From assembly GCF_963921235.1 (NCBI RefSeq), contig NC_086108.1, positions 45,324,001 through 45,388,000 of the forward strand: a stretch of DNA of 64,000 bases, in the 5' to 3' direction. The notes beneath the pieces are model-generated. The model was given only the letters and a program-made list of their open reading frames with translations, was not told the DNA's origin and ran no database searches. The translations under genes were made by a program, and so were the position numbers. This document shows, one piece after another, positions 26,159 to 38,039 of the stretch; the stretch's first letter is position 1, and the number at the start of each line of letters is the position of its first letter. This DNA comes from Mobula hypostoma (Eukaryota).

Positions 26159-26174
26159 CCGACTTCTGCCACCA
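26159..26174 (-). promoter_or_regulatory. Primer-binding site, tRNA-Leu-like
   Basis: TGGTGGCAGAAGTCGG directly follows the 5' LTR and is close to the complement of the tRNA-Leu 3' end (TGGTGTCAGAAGTGGG). Confidence 0.7.
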
Positions 26175-26364
26175 CATTGTGTTCTTATTTTTAGATGTAC
26201 TGTAGGTTAACAATAAAGAATCGTATTCTGGAAGAATTAAAACTTTTATTTACAGCAACAAAACCAAACCACGTTTTTACCAAGCCATGTTCCAGATCAT
26301 TCTAACATTTCTGCGCATGCTCAGAACTCTTTCCAATCATGTTCTGACACATCATATCACCACA
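26175..26364 (-). repeat. 5' LTR
   Basis: Direct repeat of 24008-24196. Begins TGTGGTGATATG on the minus strand. Confidence 0.9.
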
Positions 26365-26411
26365 ACACTGATAAAGCATCACGTAATTTTGACATTTTCC
26401 CAAAATCCCTC

Positions 26412-26930
26412 GATTGTGTGCAGTTCTGGTCACTTAACTATAGGAAGGATATCAGTAAGATTGAAAGAGTGCAGAGAAGATTTACTAGGATGTTGCCGGG
26501 TCTTCAGGAGTTGAGTTACAGGGAAAGATTGAGCAGGTTAGGATGTTATTCCTTGGAGCATAAAAGAATGAGAGGGGATTTGATAGAGATTTACAAAATT
26601 ATGAGAGGTATAGACAGGCTCTTTCCACTTAGGTTAGGAGAGAGAAATATGAGAGGACATGGCTTTAGGGTGAAAGGGGAAAGGTTTAGGGGGAACAACT
26701 TCACTCAGAAAGTGGTGGGAGTGTGGCACGAACTGCCATCTGACGTGGTAAATGTGGTCTCACTCTTAAGTTTTAAGAATAAATTGGATAGGTACGTGGA
26801 TGGGAGAGGTCTGGAGGGTTATGGACTGGATGCAGGTCAATGGGACTAGCAGAATAAAGTTTCAGCACAGACTAGAAGGGCCAACTGGCCTGTTTTCTGT
26901 GCTGTAGTGTTCTATGTTCTATGGTTCTAT
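26412..26930 (+). mobile_element. CR1 LINE 3' fragment
   Basis: ORF 26418-26849 QFWSLNYRKDISKIERVQRRFTRM...FTQKVVGVWHELP. Tail ttctatgttctatggttcta. Confidence 0.92.
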
Positions 26931-28544
26931 CTTTTTGTATACTTCAGCCATTCTTAAAACCCATCTGTTTAACCAAGATTTTAACTATACCTCAGTCTTT
27001 CCATCTTTGGCTTGATTAATCTTTCCTGTGATTCTAGGGAGCTCATTGAGATGTTTTGCTGCGTTAAAGGTGCTACATAAATTAAAATATTTTTGATGTA
27101 TTTTATTTTTGCAGTGTCTAGCTTGCTGAGCATTTCTAAAGTCTTTATTTCATTTCAGATTTACAATATTTGCAGTGTTACAGTATTTTAAACAATAAAC
27201 ATGAAATGTGTTGTTGCCATTGCACTTTTGATATTAATGCTTAAGGCATCCAGATGTGCAAAGAGAGCAGCCTATTTTGTAACTTGTTAATCACTATTTT
27301 CTGGCTAATGTCAAATGTAAAATAACATGGGTTTAAGTTTGTAAAGAATGTTAACTTTTTAAAAAATCCCAGCAGCTTTGTTTTCAAATTCACACTTTTT
27401 GTACAAAATGTTCGCATCAACATAATGTACATAGTATGTGTAACAATTTAAGTATTCATATGATATTTTACAATTTATATAACTTTTGAATGGATTATTA
27501 AAAGCACATTATTAATCGAGATATATTTGTTGTCTTCTACTTAAAAAGATTGAGTTGTTGCTTAAAACTTCACAGAAATGCAAAAATGTTGATTAATACT
27601 GCAGAAAATGAACTTTTTGAATTTATTTTGTGAAGAATATGTGCAAAATAACAAACAATGCCATTGTGGCCTGAAGTTTTAATGTTCCATATGCATAAAG
27701 CTGAATGGACCACACATGCATTCTTTCGACTCTGTTATTATGACCTCTACACTTACACACAAAATGTTATGTTTTGTTCCCATGCTGTTTCTGATTGATG
27801 ATAATTTTACTTTCAATAACCACAGAGTAGGGTGTATGTGATTGAGGGAGGTGGATCTGGTGTAGTCTGATCGCAACTCGAGATCTTTCTGTCCAGTGTA
27901 CAGCTTGTGGTGAATAACGTGCACCACCATCAAACCAAACTGTACCTCAAGTTTAAGTTTGATTGCCATTCAACCACACACGACTACCCATAAATACAGT
28001 CAAATGAACCAGAGCTCTGCAAGGGCCAAGGTGAAAAGCACAGTACCAATAGTCATACACTGCACAAGGTACATACAAGATAGTAGTCAGTGTAGTCACA
28101 CAAAAAATAATACAGCCAAGTCCCTGAGTCCAACAATGTTGTCATCAAGAGCAAGCCTGCAGCAGTCTGCAGCCGAACGCAGTCTAGTTGGTCTTCCACC
28201 GAGCTGTAATGGGCTGGCCTGATCAGACCCAAAATTTCGAGTGTCCAGGAGGTGTGGTAACAAGTGTACAAGCACAACAAAGTAACTTAAGCCTTATTTA
28301 TCATCGTAAAATATGAAACACAAATAACCACACAAAATATTACATAGCAAGTCACAAAGATTTCTAGGCTCACGATTCTTGGTCACCAGTTAATTGTCAC
28401 TGTTGTCGGGGGAACCAAATTCCAACTCACTCACGCGAGACCACCCCGGTCCTAAATCATGATTCATGATCATGATTTCTGGCCCCAGAGGAAGTCCAAA
28501 GAAATTCCGAAAAGCAGGTCAATATGTATACACCACAAAATATA

Positions 28545-29060
28545 TCCGCCACAAGTGGGAGTTCTTGGTGGCCAAAGATTTTAATTCCCATTCCGACATG
28601 TCAGTCCAGGCCTCCTCTTCTGCCAAGATGAGGTGACCCTCAGGGCGGAGGAGCATCACTTTATATTCTATCTGCGTGCCCTCCAGCCTGATGGCATGAA
28701 TATTCATTTTTCTTTCTGGTAAGCCAATTTCCCCACCCCCCCTTCCTTTATTCCCCTCTCAGACTTTTTACTTCTTTTCACCTGCCTGTTGCATCTCCCT
28801 CCTCCATCTCTTTCTCCTGTGGTCCATTCTCCTGTTCTATCAGAGTCTCTCTTCTCCAGCCCTTGACTTCCCCACCCACCTGGCTTCACCTATCACCTTC
28901 CGGCTAGCCTCTTTCCGTTCCCTCCACCTTTTCATTCTGGCATCTTCCCCCTTCCTTCTCAGTCCTGAAGAAGGAACTGGGCCTGAAACACTGCCAGTTC
29001 ATTAATTTCCACAGATGCTGCCTGACCTGCTGAGTTCCCCCAGTATTTTTATGTGTTGCA
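28545..29060 (+). mobile_element. Penelope-like element 3' fragment (end of GIY-YIG plus terminal repeat)
   Basis: Homologous to the reverse complement of 55237-55810. Degenerate hammerhead core at about 28961-28995. Confidence 0.75.
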
Positions 29061-31409
29061 ACAAGCTTTGCAAGTGCAGAGCAACCACAAGACAGACAAA
29101 CTTCGATTTTTTTGTAAACATGCAATTAACTCAATCTGTTTTCTTTCATTTAAACAACATTTGTGCCCATTTACACAGTTCTCACAAATCAATTAGACAT
29201 CTTAATGGTCACTTCTCATTATCTTGTAGCACACAACATTCCTTAATCTCCCAGTGTCTGGACACGTAACTTTCCTTGGATTTCAAAAGGTATATTTATG
29301 TTTACATATATAAACAATAAGCGCAATCCAAAACTAATCCATCAAGTCAGCTACCTAACCAATTGACAGACATTCTTATTTTAATGGTTACTCATTGTTT
29401 ACTCTACAGACCCCACATGCTAAGCATTCAGAAAGAGTTAAGTTGTCATTTGACCTGACAGACATTCACTCATCGTTTTACAAAATCTAATCTTACCATC
29501 TGTTAAATGGTTTTTCCTGCTCTCCATGTTTTGTTGATAATTATTGAGTCTGTTTATATGTTCACATTTGTTTTAGTTTGGTTATTACATTTGTGCATGT
29601 GTCCATTCTAAATGTTGATTGCTCATGGCTATTTGCACTATTGTCTTGTGAATTGTTTGGTTGCTATTGTATTGTCTGTTATGGTATTGTCTTGTGCTTT
29701 ATGCTTGGCACCGAACCACAATCAATTCTGGTATGTTGCATATACTGCCAATAAAGTGATTCTGATTCTAATGTGCCACAGTTCGCCCCTTGAATGTCTG
29801 TTTAGGTAGAATTCTTCCTTCTGCTGAAAATGAAGAATATATATTAATATCCCTTGGATGATTAAAATTAATGTTATGACCACTATTAAAACATGAAACA
29901 TTATACAAATCCACGGGTTAACCTCAAAATTCACATTAAAATAATGTTCTCATCCCAGTGGGTGGGTTAACAACATCGTGCCAATTCAAACAGGATGAGT
30001 AAAACACGACATTGTGGTCGGGGATGCAAGAGTCAAATAGCAATCAATTTGGTATTTGTTTCACAAAAAAAGTCATTTGAGGCCAGTCACCCTAGGTGTA
30101 CAACATTCCCTCCCACTTTTTGGTCCACTGTATTCCTAATTTGCACATATTACATAATGTACATCTTTTCCCAGACCAACAATACAATTTTTACAAATCA
30201 CAGGACTATCAGTGGTTTGTCAGGTCTCAACAAAAACCTGACATCCAACAAAACACAAGGAAGTATTAAACAGAACAAAGCAACGTTCTAGCAGAAGCCT
30301 TTAAAAAAACAAGAGCTGAGAGATAGTTAAAAATGTTTTCATTCCCTCTTAGTTTACCCCCATCTACACAGACAGAATAGGTGTGCCCTCATACCATCAC
30401 CCAATATGTATGTCCTTGTCTGTTGGCTATAATCTCACCCTCCACTAGAAAGGAAGACATATATGTCACCCAAGATCATCCCCACCCACCCGCCTCAGAA
30501 CTGAGCTGGCACTTTACCTGCACATTAAGATGTGCCACCAGGGACAAAAGGAATAGAGTGTCCTATGAGTAACAAAACGGGAGTACCTTCTTTCAAGGGG
30601 CGGTTGTTCAAATTATACAAAGCACGGCGAAAGACACAATGATGAGGTATGGGCAGAAGTAAGTAAGCAAATTTGCTATTTTAGTAAGACATCGATTTGT
30701 TCAATTAGACCACTGTCCTGAGGGTAATAGTGGACATGGAATACCCACCGTACACCATTAGAGACAGCTCCCTCTTGTGCCCTGGAACCCAAAAAGTGCA
30801 AACCATTATCGGATTGAATCAAGGGGATCAGCATGTGCAGAAAAAGACGTGCTAATCCCTGAAGTGTACCTTCTGACTAGCTTTAACAGTAGGGATTTCT
30901 ATCATAAAACCAGATTAAGTGTCCACCATAGTGAGGAAGTACTGAAATCACTGGGACCAACATAAGCTATTTGCCGAATGTGAGCACCCCCAGGGAATGG
31001 CAGCCAAGGGTTGCTTTGGAAGCTGTTGGCCCTTAGTATCTGAACATAGCCACAATTCTCTACACCGTGTGAGCTACATCAGTGGAAGGAATAAACCCCA
31101 CTGCCTAGACCACTCCATGGTACTCTGTACCCCAAATGACCAGAAGACTCTTGGACCCACTGAGCAAGAGGCAATAATGATATTTAAGGCTGAAAGCTAG
31201 ATGTCACCGTGCCAACACAAGTGAGTTTGCTTCTCAGCAATGCTGTTAAATCTTGCCGTTGGTAAATCATCTTTCAAATGGGCGTTGAAATGGTAAACGG
31301 TAATGGTGTTGGTAGTCTGTTGATGACATAAAATCTGTGCAGGAAGTGTTTTATAGTGAAAAAGCCCCCGCACTGGGGCAGTTCCACTCTCTTGGCCTCA
31401 GAAATCTTT

Positions 31410-31760
31410 GTTCTATGGTACGAAATATCATCATGACTAGAGAGTTCCTCGGCTACAGTGGATGACCAGGACACCTTTTGTGCCCTGTCATGCCCTTCAT
31501 TCTCCACAAAGCGTTGCACCGCTGCCTTCCCAGCCATTGGATCTTGTAGTTGATCTCAGTCACCCAGTCCACTAGAACCAGCTTCGCGTGCTGGGGTAGG
31601 CATGTCTCTATCTCACCAGGGTTGCAGGTTCCTGGCTACCCTCACCTGGCTTAGCCCACCCGTCGAAGCAATACACGCAAACAGTTACTTGGAGCCACAG
31701 GTGAGAGCTGGGTGGCAATCGGCGACCAAAGGTGGATACGCCTGCCACAAGAGGCGCTAT
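31410..31760 (-). mobile_element. Probable RTE-related non-autonomous element
   Basis: GC-richer block with a TGATGA-type end at about 31427-31436 and RTE-like composition. Family not confirmed. Confidence 0.35.
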
Positions 31761-31964
31761 CCCTCCCGGGACACCACAGATACCCCAAACTGTAATGGTA
31801 ACGTGCAATGATCGGCTCCAAATTTCCTTCCATAACTCCGCACGCCCTGTGTTCAGACTGAGTGTGTCAGAGAGTTCCATCCCATAATGGGAAGGTGAGG
31901 GTGGAGAAAGATGAGGTAATCCTCCATTTGTGTTTCAGTCTCCACTAAAGCCCAGTGGTAGGCC

Positions 31965-31967
<3 letters not shown>

Positions 31968-32004
<37 letters not shown>
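31968..32004. repeat. (CA)n microsatellite abutting a Penelope terminal fragment
   Basis: Direct inspection. Followed by aaatgctggaggacctcagcaggccaggcag. Confidence 0.9.
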
Positions 32005-32008
<4 letters not shown>

Positions 32009-32374
32009 CACAAAATGCTGGAGGACCTCAGCAGGCCAGGCAGAATCTATGGAAAAGAGTAAACAAAGGCTGAGACCTGAAGGCAAAGAGTTGTTTCTCA
32101 GACAACTAGCGACAGTGTTAGGAAGCTTTCGGGTCCAGAAATCCAGAGGCATATTCTTTCCACTATTGCCAGAAGCTGCAGACTGCCACATCATCCCAAA
32201 CTCATATTTCTCTGTCCCTTAAAAACAAAAATCTATTGATGATTATCCACAGCAGAATGATTGAGCCTCATTATTGTTCAGATAGAGAATTCCCAAAGAT
32301 TTACTATCCTTTGGTAAAGAGAATTTTTCCCTTATCTCAGTCCTTAATGGTTATTTATCTATCTACTTAGAGAT

Positions 32375-32660
32375 ACAGTGCAGAACAGGCCCTTTTGTTC
32401 AATGAGTTGCACCACCCAGTAACCCAGCAACCCACTATTTAACGCGAGTCTCATCACAGGACAACTTGTAATGACTGACTTATCTACTAACTGGTACATG
32501 TTTGGAACATGGGAGGAAACCGGAGCATCCAGAGGAAACCCTCATGTTCACGGGGAGGACGAACAAATTCCTTACAGGTAGTGCTGGAATTGAACTCTGA
32601 ACTATGACACCCCAAGCTATAATAGTGTAGGGCTAGCTGGTACGCTACTGTGACACCCCA
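32375..32660 (-). mobile_element. HE1/V-SINE-like tRNA-derived SINE
   Basis: Contains gggaggaaaccggagcatccagaggaaaccc. The tRNA-like head is at the right end (reverse complement ggggtgtcacagtagcgtacc). Confidence 0.7.
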
Positions 32661-32744
32661 CGGTTGATCCCTTATTTTGAGGTGATAACCCCTAGTTCTA
32701 GAAACCCCAGATTAACAAAATAGTTCCTGAATCCAACGTGTCAA

Positions 32745-33085
32745 GGGTACTAAATGAGTACTTTACATCATCATTCAATAAGGAGAAGGAGGACAGTGAG
32801 GTCAGTCTGAGGTATTCTAATATGCTAGGGCTTTTGACATCAAGAAGGAGAAAGTATTTGGTCTCTTGAAGAGCATTAAGATGGATAAATCCCCAGGACT
32901 TGATGGGATCTATCCCAGGTTATTGAGAGAAGCAAGAGAGGAGATTGTTGGGGCTTTGATGAAATTATTTGTATTCTCTCTGGCCACAGGACATAGGAGA
33001 GGTCCTAGGCAACAAAACAGTAGTTCATGCTGTTCCTTTGCTTAAGGTGGGAAACAGGGATAATGCAGTAAATTATAGGCTGCTG
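32745..33085 (+). mobile_element. CR1 ORF2 fragment
   Basis: DKSPGLDGIYPRLLREAREEI and NYRL motifs. Confidence 0.75.
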
Positions 33086-34774
33086 AAAGTCCGTTTTGGA
33101 TTGTAATAGTGTTTGTCAAAATTAATTATTTTGAACTTTAGGAAAACATCAGGGATGTATCAGTTTACAGACTCCATAAGCTACACTGCATTAAAATGGG
33201 TAACTATCACACATCCGCATCAAAAATCAAATTAATTCAATGACCCTGAATTTCCCGGTGAACACCCGCAAGCCTTGGGAATACATGCATATGAAGTCAA
33301 ATGGGAAGATCTGACTTATTTGTAGAAGTGGGCACCATATCTGTCAAAATGCTCTGCTCCTGGACTCCTCAAGTAGTCTAGTCACGTCCAGATTCTCCAG
33401 CCCTGACAGTGGTGAATCAACTCCCAGATCATGCATCAGCTTAGATCCATTGCAAGATCTATAAGACCAAGAAGGAGAGGTAATTTAATTAATTAATTTG
33501 ATTTACTTTTATATATTTAACTGTCAGTGTTGCATTATTGAGCAGTTGTTGACTTTGAAATTTAACAAACCTTAACATCTTTGACTGTCAGAAAAGCTGC
33601 CCAGTGGACTTTCACAGGTACCAGAGGCTTTCTGGCAGGCCACTTTCAGTTCAACCTTTGGAGCAGTAATCTACTGCTCAAGCATTGTCTCCCGAGGCTT
33701 GGAAGCTTTGGCTTAAAAAGCTTGACCTTTTACATCTGCATCAGGTAAGTTCTAATGTGGGGCAATCACAGATGGTGACTGCAGGCAGGAGACCTCTGCT
33801 ATCTGGCACATTAAAATGTTCCATTTTCAATCAGGTCATGTTCCTCACCAACCAATACAGATAGCAAATGTCACTGGTCAATGATCTAAAGTGTAGCTTG
33901 AATGTTATCTGTAACATTATTAAAGTTAAATGAATGTCAGTTTAAATTATTTTTGGAAAAATGTTAAGAGGATAGTCTTATCTTAGAAAAAGTAGCAGTG
34001 GAAAAATGTGGCCTGGTTGGTTGAAGCCCGTGTGATGATAGTGAAAGCATCAGGTGCGCCATTTTATGCCTGTCACCATGGTGCTCAACTATTCCAGTGC
34101 AAGCTTGACATCTGCCTGGGGTGGGGCGTATACAGTAACCAGGATAGTGACAGAGAGCTCACTCAGCAGATGGTATGGACAATATTTGACTTCCAGATAC
34201 TTCAGCTCGGGGGAGCAGTACAGAGACAGAAAGACCTCAGTTAGTGACATTACAAAATATCAATTAAGCAGCCGTTGCAGAGGTTTTTCTTGAAGATTTT
34301 ATATAGTACATCTAATTACATTGAATAGATTCAAAAGATCTCTTTTAGATTAATACAATTACGTATTTAAAATATGCTACCTGGCCTCTCACAGATGTTC
34401 CCTTCTATTAGGTTCTTCTGCAGAAAAAGAACACTTCTTACATCTTCTCATGCTTGGTGCAATCTGTTCATAAACAGTGGAGGTTTAAATTGATCTCATG
34501 CTGTTTCATTGGACTTTGTTATTTCCAACAACACACACTTACTAATTTGCAAACTGCAACTTAAGACTTCTGTTTTAAACCACACTCTTAAATTGTGATT
34601 TTGCACATTTCTGTAAAACTAGGCCTCTGTTGCAAATTTTTGACCCGGATTATCAATATCAAATGCTGCTTTGCTTGCTCCCTACCACTCTGACTGGCTC
34701 TTTCTGTTGCAGATGCGTGGTTTGGAAAGGAGAGACGGCAGAAAGATTAGCTCAGGTCAAAGACCATTAGAAGG

Positions 34775-36332
34775 CTGGAGCTGTGTACTAAGTCCCCTCC
34801 TTTACTCCCTGTGTACCCATGACTGTGTCACCGCCCACAGCTCTAACTTGTTTATTAAATTTGCTGACAACACTACATTGATTGGCCTAATCTCAAACAA
34901 TAACGATGTGGCCTACAGGAAAGTCATCTCTCTGACACAGTGGTATCAAGAAAACAACCTCTCCCTCAATGACGCAAAAACAAAGGAGCTAGTTGTGGAT
35001 TACAGGAGAAATGGAGACGAGCTAACCCCTATTGACATCAATGAACCTGGGGTTGAGAGGGCAAACTGTTTTAAGTTCCTCGGCATCCACATCACCGAGG
35101 ACCTCACGTGGTCTGTACACACCAGCTCTGTGGTAAAAAAGGCACAAAAGTGACTCTTTCACCTCAGACAGTTGAAGGAGTTTGGTATGGGTCTCCAAAT
35201 CCTAAGAACTTTCTACAGGGGCACAATTGAGAGCATCCTAACTGGCTGCATCACTGCCTGGTATGGGAATTGTACCTCCCTTAATCGCAGGAGAGTGGTA
35301 CAGACAGCCCAGCGCATCTGTAGTTGTGAACTTCCCATGATTCAGGACGTTTACAAAGACAGGTGTGAAAAAAGGGCCTGAAGGATCACTGGGGACCCGA
35401 GTCACCCCAACCACAAACTGTTCCAGCTGCTATTATCCGGGAAACGGTACCACAGCATAAAAGCCAGGACCAACAGGCTCCGGGACAGCTTCTTTCACCA
35501 GGCCATCAGACTGATTAATTCACGCTGATTTGAGTGTATTCTATATTACATTGACTGTTCTATTTATTATAAATTACTATAATTGCAAATTGTACATTTA
35601 GATTAGATTATTAGATTAGATTACGAGGACACTCAGCCCTTGTTTATTGTCATTTAGAAATGCATGCGTGCATTAAGAAATGATACAATGTTCCTCCAGA
35701 GTGATATCACAAAAAAAACAGGACAAACCAAAGACTAACACTGACAAGACCACATAATTATAACATAGTTACAGCAGTGAAAACCAATACCATAATTTGA
35801 TAAAGAGCAGACCGTGGGAATGGTCCCTGATAACAGGCGGCAGAAGGGAAAAACTCTCTCTGCCATAAACCTCCAGATGCCGACAACTGTCGATGCATTG
35901 GAAGCACCGACCACAGCCGAATCTGAGTCCATCGGAAAACTTCGAGCCTCCGACCAGCCCTTCGACACCGAGCACCGAGCACCATCTCTGCCAAGCATTT
36001 CGACCCCGTCCCGGCCGCAGAGCAACAAGCAAAGCCGAGGAAACAGGGCCTTCCCCTCCGGAAATTCCGGATCACACAGTAACAGCGGCAGCGAAAAAGG
36101 CATTTCAGAAGTTTCTCCAGATGTTCCTCTGTTCTCTCACGTATATCTCGATCAAATCAGAATTGTGCACAGCACCCTACTTGACAGATTACAGATATCA
36201 TTCACCGGAGTGGCCGTGCAAGCTGCATTGCACCGCCATCTTCTCCTCCTCCTCCTGGAGACATAACATAAAGATTTTTACTCCTCATGTATGCGAAGGA
36301 TGTAAGAAATAAAGTCGATTCAATTCAATTCA
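34775..36332 (+). mobile_element. Rex/Babar LINE, 5'-truncated, with a nested insertion in its 3' UTR
   Basis: ORFs 34671-35153 (CVLSPLLYSL, KFADNTT, FKFLGIHIT) and 35172-35381. The 3' UTR resumes at about 36258 and ends in aataaagtc plus (ATTCA)n. Confidence 0.88.
35601..36257 (-). mobile_element. Non-coding LINE-dependent element (AAGATGGCG 5' end, (CTAAT)n tail)
   Basis: Minus strand begins ...GAAGATGGCGGTGC, is CpG-rich, and ends in AATAAA plus (TCTAA)n. It splits the Rex 3' UTR. Confidence 0.65.
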
Positions 36333-36830
36333 AAGTACATATCTGTCACCATATACAACACTGAGATCCATGTTCTTGTGGGCATACTCAATCCATCTAT
36401 AGAATAATAACCATAGCAGAATCATTGAAAGACCACCCAACTTGTGCATTCTGTCAGAGTGCAGAATTGTGTAAGTATAAAAAGAAAGAATAATAATAAT
36501 AGATAAATTAGCAATAAGTATCAAGAACATGAGATGAAGAGTCCTTGAAAATGAGTCCACTGATTGTGGGAATATTTCAATGATGGGACAAGTGAAGTTG
36601 TGTGAAGTTATTCCCTTTGGTTCAGGAGCTTGATGGTTGATGGGCAGTTTCCTGAACCTGGTGTTGTGAGGCCTGAGGCTTCCTGACTGCAGCAGCGACA
36701 AGCGAGTGTGAACTGGGTGGTGGGGATCTCTGATGATGGATGATGCTTTCCTGCAACAGCATTTCATGTAGATGTGCTCAGTGGTGGGCCAATCAATGGA
36801 CTGGGCCATATCCACTATTATTTGGAGGAT
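36330..36830 (-). mobile_element. Rex/Babar LINE 3' fragment
   Basis: ORF 36330-36854 CCRKASSIIRDPHHPVH. Same family as 20600-21417. Confidence 0.8.
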
Positions 36831-36975
36831 TTTAAGCTTAATAAGCAGAATCAAAAGGAACAGGAGTCCATTTCAGTGTGTGTGGCGGAATTGAAGAGAT
36901 TATCTGAGCATTGTCAGTTCAGTGACAGGCTTAATGATGCACTGAGAGTTTGTTTAGTTTGTGCAATTTTAGAAC
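36830..36975 (+). mobile_element. Gypsy gag fragment
   Basis: NQKEQESISVCVAELKRLSEHCQFSDRLNDALRVCLVC, a typical Gypsy gag core. Confidence 0.7.
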
Positions 36976-36984
36976 AGTAAAAGA

Positions 36985-38030
36985 AAATCTGCTGGAAATC
37001 CAAGCAAGACACACAAAATGCTGAAGGAACTTAGCAGGTCAGGCAATATCTATGGAAAAGAGTACCACCAACATTTCGTTCCGAGAGCCTTCGTCAAGAT
37101 TGGAGAAAAAAGGATGAGTCAGAGTAAGAAGGTGGGGGGAGGGGAGGAAGAAACACAAGGTGATCGATGAAACCAGGAGGGGGGAGGGGTGAAGTAAAGA
37201 GCTGGGAAGTTGATTGGAGAAAGAGATAAAGGGCTGGAGAAGGGGAAATCTGACAGGAGAGGACAGAAGGCCATGGAAGAAAGAAAAGAGGGTAGAGCAC
37301 CAGAGGGAAGTGATGGGCAGGTAAGGAGATAAGATGAGAGAGGGAAAAGAGATTAGGGAATGGTGAAGTGGGTGGAGGCATTACCGGAAGTTCGAGAAAT
37401 TGATGTTCATGCCATCAGTTTGGAGGCTATCCAGCTGAAATATGTGATTGCCCTCCAAGCTGAGTGCGGCCACCCATTTTAATTCCATTTCCCATTCCAT
37501 TTCCGACATGTCAGATGTAGATTGGGAGAACACTTCACCGAGCATCTATGCTTTGTCCACCAGATAAAGCAGGTCTCCCAGTGTCCACCCATTTTAGTTC
37601 CACTTCCCATTCTCATTCCGACATGTCGGACATAGATTGGGAGACAGCTTCTCCAAGTACCTACACTCCATCCACCAAAAGAAGTGGGATCTCCCAGTGG
37701 CCACCCAGTCCCATTCTGACACGTCAGTCCATGGCCTCCTCCACTGTTGCAATGAGGCCTCACTCAGGCTGGAAGAGCAATGCCTTATATTCCTTCTGGG
37801 TTGCCTCCAACCTGATAGCGTGAACCTCAATTTCTCAAACTTGCAGTAATGACCTGCTCTCACCATTCCCCATTCCCATTTCCCTCTCTCACCTTATCTC
37901 CTTACCTGCCCATCACCTCCCTCTGGTGCTCCTCCCCCTTTTCTTTCTTCCATGGATTTTTCTTTCACCAATCAACTTCCCAGTTTTTTTCTTCACCCCT
38001 CCCCCCATCCCGGTTTCACCTTGTGTTCCT
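36985..38030. mobile_element. Two Penelope 3' fragments in inverted orientation
   Basis: Minus copy at about 36985-37475 and plus copy at about 37480-38030. The plus copy has a duplicated GIY-YIG segment and contains EASLRLEEQCLIFLLG. Confidence 0.75.
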
Positions 38031-38039
38031 TCCTCCTAT

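Larger units (their letters stand above)
24008..26364 (-). mobile_element. Non-autonomous Gypsy-type LTR retrotransposon (gag, protease, integrase tail) carrying a captured host sequence
   Basis: Two LTRs, a PBS and a PPT. Gag starts MEGLQPPLTLQLTGNVAENW at 26061 and continues in ORF 25317-25844 (ETIDQYVTELR...KDRIVCGIQD). Protease remnant FKLATGA*VNV at about 25150-25175. Integrase C-terminal PRSYMVQTEGGAVLRRN. No RT, RNase H or integrase core. Confidence 0.9.

Noticed and set aside
24000..26372. Target-site duplication around the LTR element
   Set aside because: The flanks (…gttct and acact…) do not match, so no TSD is claimed.
33618..33744. Possible plus-strand exon (ttcacag|...CAG|gtaagt)
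   Set aside because: It lies downstream of the GLIS stop, encodes nothing recognisable and has no supporting neighbours.
35735..36312. Cluster of overlapping 87-150 aa ORFs
   Set aside because: By-product of a GC-rich non-coding retroposon. No protein motifs.
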